Shown here piece by piece: positions 1 to 13,202 of a stretch of 60,286 nt of DNA. The DNA is from Tricharina praecox (Eukaryota). Numbering within the stretch: the stretch's first letter is position 1; each line of letters starts with the position of its first letter. The stretch covers positions 1-60,286 of the forward strand of contig NW_026250459.1 in assembly GCF_024521635.1 (NCBI RefSeq). Reading direction: 5' to 3'. The translations under genes were made by a program, and so were the position numbers. The notes beneath the pieces are model-generated. The model saw only the letters and a list, made by a program, of their open reading frames with translations. It was not told the origin of the DNA and searched no databases.

Positions 1-354
1 TGGGTGTAAAAGTGCCAATTATTAGGGGCACCACTGAGCAGCTGGTCTCGTGGGGATTATTGCAGCCTGTTTTTCTGTCCAGTTTTTATAAAAGCCTCGG
101 GACGAGGGAGGAGGGAATGTACGCTGCTAAATACATAATGGTAGAGAGCCTGTTTCTACTAACTTGCATAAGTTGCTCTGCGGAATCCAGTCGAATGCTT
201 TTGGTACCACTCGTTATCAACCTATCTGCACCGGTCACGATTTTGCCAACTTCATGCACTGCAACAAATTTACAAGCGCAGGATAGTAACGGTGACCTTG
301 GCACTTGGAGGTTGGCACTTGGAAGTTGGCTGGCTGATAGTACCAGTAGTACTG

Positions 355-903
355 GGTGGATATGGGAGGAGATGGATTGATATGGTATACATGGGTGGAT
401 ATGGGACGATATGGATTAATATGGGATTTACGGGGTGGATATGGTATTCATGGGTGGATATGGGAGGAGATGGATTGATATGGTATCCATGGGTGGATAT
501 GGGAGTAGATGGATTGATATGGGATTTATGGGGTGGATATGGTATTGATGCGTGGATATGGAAGGAGATGGATTGATATAGGATTTATGGGATTGATATG
601 GTATTCATGCGTGGATATGGGTGGATATAGGATTTATGGGTGGATATCGTATTGATGCGTGGATATGGGAGGAGATGGATTGATATGGGATTTATGGGAT
701 TGACATGGGATTTATGGGGCGGGTATGGTATTGATGGATGGATATGGGAGGATATGGATTAATATAGCATTTATGGGCGGATATGGTATTTATGGGTGGA
801 TATGGATTGATAAGGGATTGATATTGGCGGATATGGGAGGATATGGGAGTAAATGGATTGATATGGGAGGATAAGGATTGATATGGGTGGATATAGATGG
901 ATG
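355..903. repeat. Degenerate GGATATGG-rich minisatellite array
   Basis: Repeated ~19-20 and ~39 nt variants of GGTGGATATGGGAGGAGATGGATTGATATGGTATTCATG; almost no C on the + strand; followed by a (TGT)n microsatellite at ~913-937. Confidence 0.85.
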
Positions 904-2040
904 GTAGGCGGTTGCTGTTGTTGTTGTTGTTGTTGTTGCGGTCGGCGGCTTGTAGGTTGCAGCTTGCGGGCTGCGGGTGCTGCCGATTGCGACCCGATTA
1001 AACTTCGGTTTGATATCCGCGCCGGGAGCGTGCTAGTCGGGCTGGTCATGCAGCGGGATGTGGTTCTTGAAGGACGCTGATCGGCGCGGTTCGCTGCTGC
1101 CGGATGCACTCACTATCACTCGGTGGCCGGCTTCAATACTTGGAGACTTGGAGATTTGGAGTTGTCAGGGGTGAGAATTCAGGCTTGGACTTTAGCTTGG
1201 CTCCAGCAGAGATCCTTGGGTAGAGCTTTGGCCTCCCGGAGGAGGAGGGGGGCGGGGGGGGGGGGAGGGGGGGGCAAAATGGCCGCTTCGCTGGCGGTGC
1301 TGCCAGGCCGTGTTGAGTTTCCTAGCCGCTATTGATGTATCATGTGTGCAGGCGGATCCTGGAGATTGCTGAGGTCGCTGACTCGCTAGGGAAGATACGG
1401 GGTGTGAGGTCTCTGAGTGGGAAGAAATGCTGGCGGAGACGAGGCCGTTCGTGGCATCTCCTGATGGCGAGCAGAGCTCAGAGCGGACTCTTCCTCCTGC
1501 AGCTTCGTCTCCCTGATTCCCTCTACTATGTGTATCTATCTTCGGAAGAGGCCAGGGCGTCGGGCTGGGCAGGGGAAGCCACGCCCACATCGGGCCGGGC
1601 CGCTTGACGAAAAGTTGAGCTGGACAATGGACAGTGGACGTGGAAAAGGTCACCGGTGTGTGTATATCGCCCGCCACGATCTACATATATAGCTAGATCG
1701 CACGCACCTAACAACCAAACAAATAGATATAGCTTTAGACTGGTCGTAGCTTCCACGGACCCCAAACCCACGGCTCCCAGCTCAACAGTCAACATGCCAT
1801 CCCCACCGATCCAACTCGACCGCACCAACCACCGCCTATAGCCGCCACTAGTGACCACCTCCCGTTCGCCCACCTCTCGTTGGTCCACCTCCCATTCGTT
1901 CGTTCTTTCGCTTCGTTGTTCTTTCGTTTATCCATTCATTACTTAATAACGCACGCACGCAAGCCATATACCGGTAGTAGCCTACCTACCTAGACAATCC
2001 ACAAACCGGCCTCCCAGACCTTACGCCTAGGAGTGCAACC

Positions 2041-2541
2041 GTGTACTTCCCGCAAGTCTCCATATCCCGCGTAAAACTCCAACCCGGCTCGCTCACGCCG
2101 GCACAAGCCGAAGCCGAAGCCAATACGTGCGTGCGGACAGCTCCGCTCTCTATACAGACATCCCTGCTCCTATCCACCCCCCGCGCGCCGGTACGAACCA
2201 TCCCGCCCGCCTCACCGCGCTCCACCCTTCCCGCCGCCTCTCCCTTCGCCACCGTCGCCGCAGCCGGCATCTTCTACCTGTGCGCGTGTGTAGTCCTGGT
2301 GAACACCTCGCCCGTCACGATGCTGATGTTCCTGCTGGCGCTGCTGGTGGTTGTTGTTTTGGGCTGGCTGCTCATAGCGCTCGGCATCGTTCTCCTCCTC
2401 GTCGCTGTCGGGTTGGCGGCGGTGCTGTACGTTGTGGATGATGTGCTTGCTAGGTTTGGGGGTACTAGGTGGAGGGTAGAGACGGAGAGGGCGGTGAGTG
2501 GGGATGGGGCATCCCAGCTCCCTGTTGGTGGTTCAGGATAG
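2041..2541 (+). CDS. Hypothetical small membrane protein (2-3 hydrophobic helices); start uncertain (first ATG at 2320)
   Basis: ORF with long hydrophobic stretches (GIFYLCACVVLV; MLMFLLALLVVVVLGWLLIALGIVLLLVAVGLAAVLYVV); no recognisable family. Confidence 0.3.
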   Translation: MYFPQVSISRVKLQPGSLTPAQAEAEANTCVRTAPLSIQTSLLLSTPRAPVRTIPPASPRSTLPAASPFATVAAAGIFYLCACVVLVNTSPVTMLMFLLALLVVVVLGWLLIALGIVLLLVAVGLAAVLYVVDDVLARFGGTRWRVETERAVSGDGASQLPVGGSG

Positions 2542-4761
2542 GATGTCACCAGTATAGGTATGAACCGCCATTCTGTCGGAGACCTTTGCAGATCCAGATG
2601 CCTTGTTGCAACATCATCTGTTTAGCTTGGCCATGGTAGAGTTGGGCCTTGACACCTATTCTCATATCTACTGTTCACACGGGGTCCCAGTATTACATCT
2701 CATTCAATACCCTGGTTCACGACCACATTATTCTATTATTCCAACATGCCTAAGGCGGTGGAGAGCGAGTGATATCACATGCGTCTCTGCTGATATTTTC
2801 CTCGGGTTCACCACCTACTCGAGTACTCGGGTACTCCCTCCGTTCGTACCACAAGTCTGCCTTCGAAGGGTCATACACAGTGAGGCCTGGGGTGAGTTTT
2901 ACGGCCATCCAATCCATCCAATAGATCCACCAGCCCATTGCTGTTTCACACCTGGACCATCATTCATCCCCACCCTCTCCCCGACGATACTGCTATCATA
3001 CTATCATACTACTATACCACTATGCTATCGAAACCGCAGCCCATACCTACTACCTACCTACATATATCTACCTATAGCCATCGTCAGCCCAGACGGACGG
3101 ACGGGCTGACGGACAACCGCCGCGTTTCAGAAATTTCAGAACTTTGTTTTCCAGATTTCCGGAACCGGCCAGATCCAGAGACAAGAGACGAGAGACAAGC
3201 GATTTTGAAGTTCGAACTCGAGACAGAACCAACACGCAACCAAGGCAGAGCCGTAGGATATAGTTGGGTAGGATTATGTATAGGTGGAGTGGTAAGTATA
3301 GATGGAGTGGTAAGCATTAAGTAAGTACATCGTACACACATGCTTGGGCTTGGGCTTGGAAGGAAATCCAACAACCGCACCGCATCCGCCGTCACTCTAG
3401 CCGGTCTGCCGGCCAGCCAGCCAATCCACTCTCACCACTTCCACCGGCACTCCACCCACCCACATATATACCGGCCACTGGCCAGCCAAGTCACCTAGTC
3501 ACCTAGTAGAAGTAGTAGCATCTAGACCTCGCCCTCGCCCTCGCCCTCGCCCTGGACAATAGACAGTGGACTTCGTGTTGTACCTACCTACCACTTTTGC
3601 ACCTTCTCTGGAGTCTGCACACACCGTACACGTACATAAATAACCCCAGACCTGCCAAGTAAGCACTTAACAAGCAAGCAAGCACATCATCTGCCCCCTT
3701 CTGCCAACTCCCTTGCCCGCTTCCTCCACCTCTCACACACTCTCTTCTACTCTTCCTCGCCTGCTCCCACCTACTTCCTCCCTCCCCACCAGCTGGAAAC
3801 GATTTCCAACTGCGTCCCTCACCTGGACTAGACGTTTTAGGGCACTGGATCCCCATCCGTTCCTTCCATGTGGCCCATATCTCCGTTTGTCGCTGTTGTT
3901 GGCAGGTTGAGTATGGTATAGAAGCAGACAATGAAGCACGTGTCCCAAGCTGTATGCATATGCTGTGCTGTGCTGTGAGCTAGGAATGTATGTAGGTAGC
4001 AGGCGGGCACCCTCGGAATTAGGGAGGATGATGAGCGGTGGCACAGTGACAATGAAGCGATTGGGCGTTGGTGATTTCCTCCACGGATTCTCTCCAGCAA
4101 CAAATGCCGTCCGTCTGTCAGGCCATTACTCGGCGGTGGCTCGCTGTCTGCCTATCTGTTCTGTCCAGCTCGAGCTCGAGCGAGGCACAAAAGCGCAGTG
4201 TAGTAGGAAGTACTCAATCGATGCAGTACAGGCTTTCCCCAAGTGTCCACAAGCAAGCAACACCACTCTGCCCTCTGCCATACGCATCGCGGGAACGCAC
4301 AGCTGGTGCCAGGGAGGGGGAGAGGGAGGGGGCACGGCACACGACACACCAACCGCCAACATCCACTACAACCACTACCAAAGTCCACCCACTGTGTACT
4401 TACCTACCAGATGCAAACCAACCTTCAGCTCTTTGGGTTTCATCACCAACGTGGTTCCCGTATCCTTTTGCCCTTTTTCCCTTCCCCCTTTCCGCCAGGA
4501 ATCACGATGCTCCTGGTCAATAACTCGAGCGCCCCCACCACCCCCACAAGTGAGTAAGTGAGTGATATTCCATGCACACCGGATCACCACATACCTCATA
4601 CATACCATACACACCATTCACCCTTCACCCTTCACATAGGTACGTCCGCATTTTGTTTTTCGATCCAGACCTAGCCCCAGGCCTAAACCTAGACCTTTCC
4701 GGATTTATATTTATATTTATATTTATTTCTTTTCTTTTCGAATCCCCCCCTGGCGGTTCGA

Positions 4762-4794
<33 letters not shown>

Positions 4795-7700
4795 AACGAC
4801 CGTTGGGCGATTGTCTGTAGATTGTAAGATAGACAGCCAGATAGATAGATATGCGATGTAGCAGACGATGTCGATGTCGATGTCACGATCCGAGACAGAC
4901 AGACAGACAGACAGCCATACAGCCAGACGGATTGGTGTGGATGGATGGATATGGAAGCTGGGCCGAGTTGTGTGTTTTTTTCTTTCTCTTTTCTGTGTGA
5001 CCACCACCTCGACGACCACCTCGACCACCACTACTAATGGAGGGAGGGAGGGAAGTGCGAGGAATTTCTTTTTGCGGTTTGGCCTGCGGTTTGCGGGAAG
5101 CTACCGCGTGCAGGTCTGCGGGTCTGCAACTCTGCGGTGGTGGTGGTGTTGTGGTGTTGTGGTGTTGTGGTGTTGTGGTGTTGTATGTAGTGGTGGTGTA
5201 TGTACTCGTACATTGTAGCGTAGGTATGGGTGTCACAGAGCGAGATGTGGAGATGTGGAGAAGTGTGTGTGGGTACATGACGTACGACATGTACTAGGTT
5301 TGTAGTTAGTGGATGAGGGGGGTGTGTGGTTTCGAAGCTGTGCGGATGATGATGGTGCTGATGGTGCTGGTGATGATGATGGTGGTGTGCATGTGCGAGG
5401 TGAGAGAGATCGCAAGTGGAAGTGGAGGTGAGTGTTGGTTCGCCGAGTATGAGGACTCAAGGAGCGATGAGGTCTGGGCTTTTCTTTGTTGCTGGGGTTA
5501 TTGTTGTTATTGCTGCTGCTGCTGCTGTTGTTGTTGTGGTGGTGGAGGAGGACCAGAGGGGCATTCACTCGCGAGTCGCGACAGCTACCATCGACCACCG
5601 CCGGGTGTGAGACGGTGAGAGGCTGTCGACTCTCGACTGTCGATTCTCTCTCGGCGCTCGTCGTCACAAGCATCATAAGCCTCACTTCACTCCTCACTCC
5701 TTCTCTGCTCCTACCACTAGTCCGGAGGAATGAATTGCTTCCTTGCAGGGTTGGATTGCCGGACTCCACCCGAGGATTACCTACCAGCGCCAGCCCAGCC
5801 CCAACCCAAGTGGCCCAAGTTACCCAGGTTGCCCACCCAACCCAACCCCGGATGGATAGCTGCAACGTGCGAAAGAAGAGCAGAGCAGAGAGATCGGAAA
5901 CGGTCGAGTCTCGCTCGCTTGAGTCGCCAATCAGCGGGTGGCATTTACGAACGGACGAGACAGCTTGGGAGGCGGATTGGGATTTTTTTCTTTTTTTCTT
6001 TTTTTCTTTTTTCGGTTTCTTGAGGTGGGATGAGAATAGAGAAGAGAAAAGAGAAGAGACGGTGACGGATGGGGAGGGGGGAGGGAGGAGGGTGAATAGA
6101 GGGGGAGGAGGAGGGCGAATAGAGGAGGCAAGAGGAGGGTGAATAGAGGAGGGAGGAGGAGGGATGAGGAGGAGGCAAGAGGAGGAAGGAACGAAAAGCA
6201 AACACGATGAGGGGCAGAGTAGAGGCTCGATACCTCCTCTACTCCACCGTACCCAACCGTCGGCTCACATTTGCCTTCTTGCCTTCTTGCCTTGGAAGTC
6301 TTGGTGCTGTCGTTCGTTCGTTCGTGTCGGACTCGATCTTCATGTACATACTCGCGCTCGTCACGAGATGCCTCGCCGCTGCAAACTGCCTGCTTCCATC
6401 ATTCGATATCAAGTACTCTACCTTACTCCACTCCACTCTACTCCACTCTACTCCATGTACACTCTGCTTCCTACGAAGCTTTCTCGGTGCTGGGTAAATG
6501 CTCTACTGACCTTTTTTTTTGCGTTAGATTGCCCGCTGACTTCTTTACCCTTTCCTGCCGGTCACGGTGCCGTGTGCTGCTGCTGCTGCTGTGGTCATTT
6601 CCCTCGTCCTCTTCCCCGAAGGAGTAAGCAAAATACAGTACCGCTCTCTTTTTCACGTTCAGTTCCTGGCACTGGGACGACTGGAAGCTCGAAGCTTAAC
6701 CAAAGCTCAAAGCTCACAGCTTGAAGGGCGAAGGTCAAAGAAGAAGGGCGAAGAAGAAGACGGCCAGCCACTCAGTCTAGTCCCTGCAGCACGCCAAAAA
6801 AGAAAAAGAAAAAAAAGAAGAAAAAAAAGAAGAAAAAAAAGAAGAAAAAAAGAAAAAAACAAAGGTGAGCGACAAAAAACGAACGAGGCTTTTTTGCTTT
6901 GTTATTCTCCCGCCAAGTCCGCTCCTGGGTCGCAACTTGGGACCATTTCGACGATATTAAGCCGAAGCTGGCTGCTGCCAGGCAAGATTGGGGACAGGGT
7001 GGGTGTCAGGCTCTGCAGGCTTAGGCGCACAACCTAAGCTTCAAGGAGAAAGGCTTTTCTTGAACGACTCTTCAATTGCTGCGCAGAACGAGACAAGTGA
7101 CAGGACACAAGACCGAGAGAGAGAGAGGGAGAGGAAATAGCCAGGCCTCTCTAGTCTTGTTGGCCCTCTTCGCCTCTCCCTCCTCTTACTCTTACTCCTG
7201 CTCTTCCTCCTCCTCCCCCCCCTCCTGCTCCGCTTCTCTTCACACTCTCTTCACCGTCACGGTCTCCGCCGCGCTATCCCCCCCCCGACTCCCGCTCCCC
7301 CGCTCCTCCCTCCATCCTCCCTCCCCCCCACAGCCCCTCCATCATCCCTCCCACCCCCTCCCCCGGACGGACCACTCCCGCCCGACCCCTTCAGATCCCA
7401 AGGCTTCGTACCTTCGGTCCGGGCCCGCTCTCCATTGCCGGACGGTTTGCTAGATAGACGTTCTTTCGCTTTCTTTGGGTCGATCTTCTTGCTCGTGCCA
7501 GTGCGTCACTACCTGCCTGAAGCTCTGCTTGTGGTGCGGTGCTGTCTGTCTGTCTCGTCCGCCGTCTCGTCCATCGTCTCGTCTGTCCGTCGTGTCCAAA
7601 GTACTCTACCTAACGAACGTACCCTCCCCCCCCCCCCCGGCAACAATAATATCCCGCAAGGTCCACACGTCCGAGGTCGTCATCCAGCCCGCATATCCTC

Positions 7701-8038
7701 TGTTTTTGTTTAGCCGAACAGCAAGCAGAGTCCGCGCCAGGAAAAGAATTTCTTTGCTCATCTCTCTCTTCTCTCCGCGCCCCATTTCAGCCCTACGTAA
7801 CGAAACAAACCTCCGGGCACGCGACACTGAGACCTTCCTGCCTCCATCCCATTGCACAACCCACCACCACCGTCCACCAACCATCGTTACTACGTTTGTC
7901 GCCGTCGCCACCGACCAGCACTACCTCTTGCCGAAAGCCCACCGCCCCAATTCCACCCATCCGCCCTCCATCCGCCTTCATCCGTCCACCCGAGACCAGC
8001 TTGACCGCACCGCTCCATCTTGATTCCAAACCACGGCC

Positions 8039-10213
8039 ATGATGGTAAAGTCGGAACCATCACCGACACTAACACCGCCCTCACAGGACTCTAACCTGTC
8101 GGGTGGGCACGGAGGAGGGGCCACCAATGGCAGTGGCGGCGGCGGCGGGAGCAATGGCTCAGGACCGGAACAATCGCAATCGACTTCCTCGACTCCAGCA
8201 CCTTCGTCAATCGCGCGCTCCAATGCGAAGGACCCGTCCAGACCGCGGAGAAAGAAGGCCCGTCGGGCTTGCTTCGCTTGTCAACGGGCGCACTTGACAT
8301 GCGGTAAATCCTCTCTCTTCCGATCCTCCTCCTCCTCTCCATCATCTTCCTCCACCACCACCTCCTCCTCCTACTCCTCCTCCTCTCCATCTTCCTCCCC
8401 ACACATGCCATCACACATCCACACCCCGCCTCCCCCGCAAACGCACTGACCTGCCGCTAGGCGATGAGCGTCCCTGCCAACGTTGCATAAAACGTGGCCT
8501 TCAAGATGCCTGCCACGACGGCGTTCGCAAGAAGGCGAAATACCTCCACGACGCGCCCATCGACGACGGTCCTCCCGAATTCGCGCAGCAGCCATCGTCT
8601 TCCGCCGGATCGTATCCTTACCACCATCCCCAGCTGTCGCAACCGTCGGTCGCCACCGAGATGCTACCCCCCGACGGAACCATCAATCCCAACTCGATCG
8701 AGTCCCCCGGCGCCGCACTCGTAGATCAGGCACAACAGCACGCCTTCTCGCAGGCGCCAATGTTCGACCCGAGCGATCCTGCGCTGTTCAACTTTGACAT
8801 CGCCAGCTTGAATTTCGAGAGTCACTATGGAGCGTTGGAGTTTGGCGTGCTCGGGCAGATGTCTAACGGCGGAGGCGGCGGCGGCAACACCAACAATGGA
8901 GGGAATGGTGTGGGTACACCGGATAATAATAATTCCGGTCCGGGGTCGGCCTATGGCTACTCGCCGGGGGTGGTGGGAGCGGATGCTTATGTTGGTTTCG
9001 CGGCGCCGCAAGATTCGTCGTTGGGGGATGGATGGACATCGCGAAGTACCAGGCAGGCGGCGAGTGCTGGTGACGGAACGACCGGTTTCGCGAATACGTA
9101 CATGATCGAAGCTGGCCCCGGTTCACTGACGTCGCCGTCTCCGCCGGTAGAGAGTCCGCGACAGAACTACACACCCGCGAGTACTAGCGCTGCCGTCCAG
9201 GGCTCCTACGCCGCAAGGGACGAGGCACCTGTACCGCTGGGCTCGCCGTCATTTTTCTCGACACCACCGCAACCTCAGAACCGACCTGTCCAGCCTTCTG
9301 CGTTGCACCACGTGCAGAGTGCTTCGCACCAGGTATCCGCACATATCCACCAACACCAGCCCCTCCAGCGCCGGCGGCGTCCTGACGATCCGAGCCAGAT
9401 CTACTCGTCGATAACGCAGCCATACCCCTACGCCCTGCAGCACCACCGGCTATTCCACATGCTCGAAACGCGCTTCCCGAAAACCAGTCTCCTGCGGATA
9501 GCACGCGCGATGGCGTCGTTCCGTCCGTCGTTCATCGCCTGCACGCAGACACTGAAGGCGGACGATCTACTTTTCATGGAGAAATGTTTCCAGCGCACAC
9601 TATGGGAATACGAGCGCTTCATACAGTCGTGCGGCACGCCCACCATCGTGTGCCGCCGCACGGGCGAGGTGGTCGGCGTCGGAAAAGAATTCTGTATGCT
9701 TACGGGTTGGGAGCGTGCCGTCCTTCTCGGCGAGAAGCCGAATCGCAATACCAACCGTCCCTACGTGAAACCCCCCGGCTCCGGACCGGGCGTACTCCAA
9801 CCTCCCCCCGAAGACGATATCCAGGGCGGTGTCCGAAGACCAGTCTTTCTGGCCGAACTCCTCGACGACGAATCGGTCGTTGAGTTCTATGAGCAGTTTG
9901 CACGACTCGCCTTTGGCGACTCCAGGGGTGCGGTTATGACGACATGTAAAGTACTCACCTATCAGGCGCCCCTGGAGGATGGTGAGAGCAAGGATGGGGT
10001 CATGAGGAAGTCGGGCGGACTGGCAGGGAAGGAGGGCAAGGTGGATTGTGCGTTCTGTTGGACCATCAAGAGGGATGTTTTCGATATCCCAATGTTGATC
10101 GTGGGCAACGTGAGTCTTCATTCCGTGGCATGGGTGTATGGTGTGGAGCGGAGTGCTAATGTTCATTCGCATAGTTTTTGCCGATACTGGGCAAGACGAG
10201 TGAGAGCGGGTAG
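8039..10213 (+). CDS. acuK: Zn(II)2Cys6 transcription activator of gluconeogenesis, AcuK/Ert1 family; exons 8039-8303, 8461-10109, 10175-10213
   Basis: Spliced zinc cluster [53 protein letters not shown]-terminal PAS-like region ([50 protein letters not shown]); GT..AG introns with CTGAC/CTAAT branch sites. Confidence 0.92.
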
Positions 10214-10735
10214 GCCGATCCGTCCGTCCCCCACATGGACGCAGGACGCGAGTCGTCATCCGTTTCACTGTGTATGTACTTGTTAGGCATTTTCTTTCGT
10301 TTTCTTTCTCGCGTGTTGATTATTTTCGTCGGGGCTGTCGGTGACTAGCATTTTTCTTTCTCCCTTTCCCCTTTTACGTACCTACCGTACTTACTTACTT
10401 TGTTACTTTGTGGCATGAGTCTTGTTTACTGGGTGGTGTTTGGCGCTCCTGCTTATTTGCTTGCTCGAGTTGTGTCGTGTCGTTGTGTGCAGTTCTGGGT
10501 TTCTTATATGGTTTGGGTAGAGATGGGAGCGGGAGGAGTGTAGGAGGACAGGTGGGAAGGATGCAGTAGGAAGGATGCTGTGAGGAGGAGGATAGGAACA
10601 GGATGGAGGGAAATGTATTTAACTACTTAGATGAATGTTTTGGAAGAGGTACGATACCAGTGTAGTGCTCTGATGGTTATCAGTGAGTGAGTTTGAGTGA
10701 GAAGATTGGGGGGCGGGTGGGGCGGGTGGGGCGGG

Positions 10736-11384
10736 CGGGGTAGGTAGCTTGAATGATACCGGTATGTACAGAAATCGGTGTGCACGGAGAGGATGCTTGG
10801 AACTACTTGCCTACGAGTAGGTATCGGGGGTTGAATGGTCGCTCGGCTCGAGCTCATGGTGAATGGCCGAGTGAAGGCTAAACCGCTCCTCGAAGTCTAG
10901 GTGGACCGTGCCGGTATGCCGGCTGCCCACGGGTCAGCCAGCCAGTCAGGACTCAAGGGTCAGCCAGTAGCTAGTGAGGACCACACGGCCATCACCAAAG
11001 CATAGTCCATAGTGTTTGTTTTCCACAACTTTGACGCTCCGGTCCTGTCATCAAACTGGTAGTCGGGGTAGGTAGCTTAAGTGATACCGGTATGTACTGG
11101 GAACCGGCGTACACAGAGCGGGCGAGGTACTACCCCCGAGCACTGTAGATATCGGGGGTTGAATGGTCACTCGGCTCGAGCTCATGGAGAATGGCTGAGT
11201 GAAGGTCAACAAATCGCTCCTCCGAAGACTGGGTAGACCGTGTGCCGGGTCAGGCAGCCCACGGGTTAACCTATCGGGACTCAGGACCCACGGGTCAGCC
11301 AGTAGCCAGTGAGGACCACACGGCCATCACCAAAGCATAGTGCGCAGTGTTTGTTCTTCACGGCTTTGACGCTCCGGTCCTGTC
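10736..11384. repeat. Tandem direct duplication, two diverged ~315-320 bp units (10736-11049, 11064-11384)
   Basis: Shared blocks CGGGGTAGGTAGCTT, TATCGGGGGTTGAATGGTC, CTCGGCTCGAGCTCATGG, AGTGAGGACCACACGGCCATCACCAAAGCATAGT, CTTTGACGCTCCGGTCCTGTC; start-to-start spacing 328 bp. Confidence 0.9.
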
Positions 11385-11479
11385 GTATCATAACGGGCGG
11401 TAAACAGCCACAGTCAACTAACTATAGCTATTGACTACGTAGACTGACCTCACCTTACCTCGTCATACTAGGTACTACT

Positions 11480-11960
11480 TACTCTGACCTCTAGACTTGT
11501 ACGCTGAACTCTGACCTCTGACCTTTGGACTCGTACTCTGACCTCTGGACTCGGGACTCGTCACGACTCACGAATTTAGAACCCGTCGGCATTGACTAAT
11601 GCTGTCTCGGAGCTTCCGGATCTTCCGGGCCTTCCGGACCTTCCGCCCGAGAGAGTTCGGGGTGGCCCGAGCAAGTGGCCCGGCTGACTGCGCTTGGTTG
11701 GTAGCTGCATACCCGTACCGGTAGTGGTAAGCCGGGGTATCGGTTTGGTGGTTGGTGCTGGTGGTGGTTGCTGCTGATGAATGGGGGTTGCTGGTGCTAG
11801 TGAATGGGGGTTGCTGGTGCTAGTGAATGGGGGGGTGAATAGGTGATGGTGAATGGAGGGTGGTGGTGGTGCTGGTGAATGGGGGGTTGGTGGTGGTGCC
11901 GGTGGTGCTGGTGAATGGGGTGGTGGTTATGGAGGTGAATGGGGAGTGGTAGTGGTGGTT
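11480..11960. repeat. Short tandem repeat cluster: ACTCTGACCTCT repeats, (CTTCCGGNN)x4, GGTGAATGGGGG-type repeats
   Basis: Directly visible imperfect repeats at ~11480-11550, ~11613-11646 and ~11775-11945. Confidence 0.7.
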
Positions 11961-13202
11961 GGGGCAGGTTGACTCTGGAATAGGTAGTTCAATCCGTTGA
12001 ATTACCGTAGTGGGAGTGATTGGAGTACCTAGCTGGAGTAGCTGGAGTACCTATTTGGAGTAACGGTTTCCCCGAGAGCTTAGGGTGTCGTCCTCCAGCG
12101 GGCTATTCATCACGATCACTCGTCGAGTCGCCGAGTCGCAGCAGGTCAACGAACGGGTCCGGGTCAACGGGTCCAAGTCCGATTCTGCTGGCTGCTGCCG
12201 GATGTCCGAGAGTCGAGGCAAGACACATACCCGAGAAACTGGAAAGTAAAAGCATCATCGTCACCCGATCCCGCGGTCGCCGGCGAGGCGTCCACTGGCC
12301 GCAGTGGCCGGTGTTTCCAGTGTCTACATCGAGCCTGGTCTGTCGCTCCCGAAGAGGTATGTACAATACATACTTTGCCTCTAGATATTTGAGTCGCCTT
12401 GCGCTCACTCCTAGTTATTCCCCACCGTTGCTTCTCTTCACCGTTCCTTCTCTTCTCTTGTCTTCCCCGGCCCGAGCGTATGTACCCCATGTACTCTACG
12501 TAGAGTACCGCACCTTCTTCATAGACGCGACGGGAGCTAACTAGGCCACCCAGCTATTCCCAATGGTTAAATGTGGACCCACCAATCGCTGCGCTTTCCG
12601 GGCTCGGTATAGTTGATTATGCATACAGTTGCATCTGACGGAGTTTACGAAGAGGTGGATTGGAGAACTGTCATCACTTCGAAAGTACATGTGTACGGTT
12701 CTCTGGAGTAGAATACGATTTCCAGGCGTCCCATCTGATTACACACCTACCTGTGAAGTGATCTACGAGCCATCCGGGGAAAGGGCGGGACCTGAGGTGA
12801 ACGAGGGATACGGTAGGCTGAGCATGGACATCTCCGACCATCGGAGCTCGGCATTCGGATATACGGTAATCACACACACTTTGTATGGCCTGCAGGCAGG
12901 AATTGACTTCCAAGAATCCAAGTCCCTCGCCTCTTTCCCCACTAACTCACCAACTAGCAGGGTCATCTTCACCTTGCCCGCTCCGGTCCGCGCTATGTGT
13001 GTCCTTACACACGCCTGCTGGGTAAGCATACTTCCAGCGTGCCGATTCTCCGGTTAAGCAAGTTAATCAATCGCTGTGAGTACGGCAGCTGTAACTCTAT
13101 CCGGCCAGCTTTTTAAAAAGATATATATGTAGAGCGCCCCCCCCCCCCCGCCCCCCCGGACCCTCGATTCGAGGGCTCGGTCAATCAATCCTTACTTCGA
13201 CG

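Noticed and set aside
355..903. CRISPR-like array
   Set aside because: No constant repeat with unique spacers; eukaryotic context; no cas genes
5233..7037. Several 150-320 aa ORFs with poly-L, poly-K or poly-P
   Set aside because: Translations of microsatellites and purine/pyrimidine tracts; no domain-like content
10736..11384. Hammerhead, HDV, SRP helix 8 or TPP riboswitch identity for the tandem repeat
   Set aside because: No CUGANGA/GAAA core conserved in both copies; the CAGG-stem-AGC spacing and GNRA loop do not fit SRP; the HDV P1/P3 nesting could not be built
12020..13057. ORFs of 142-174 aa upstream of the MFS gene
   Set aside because: Non-ATG starts, no recognisable motifs or splice-supported model
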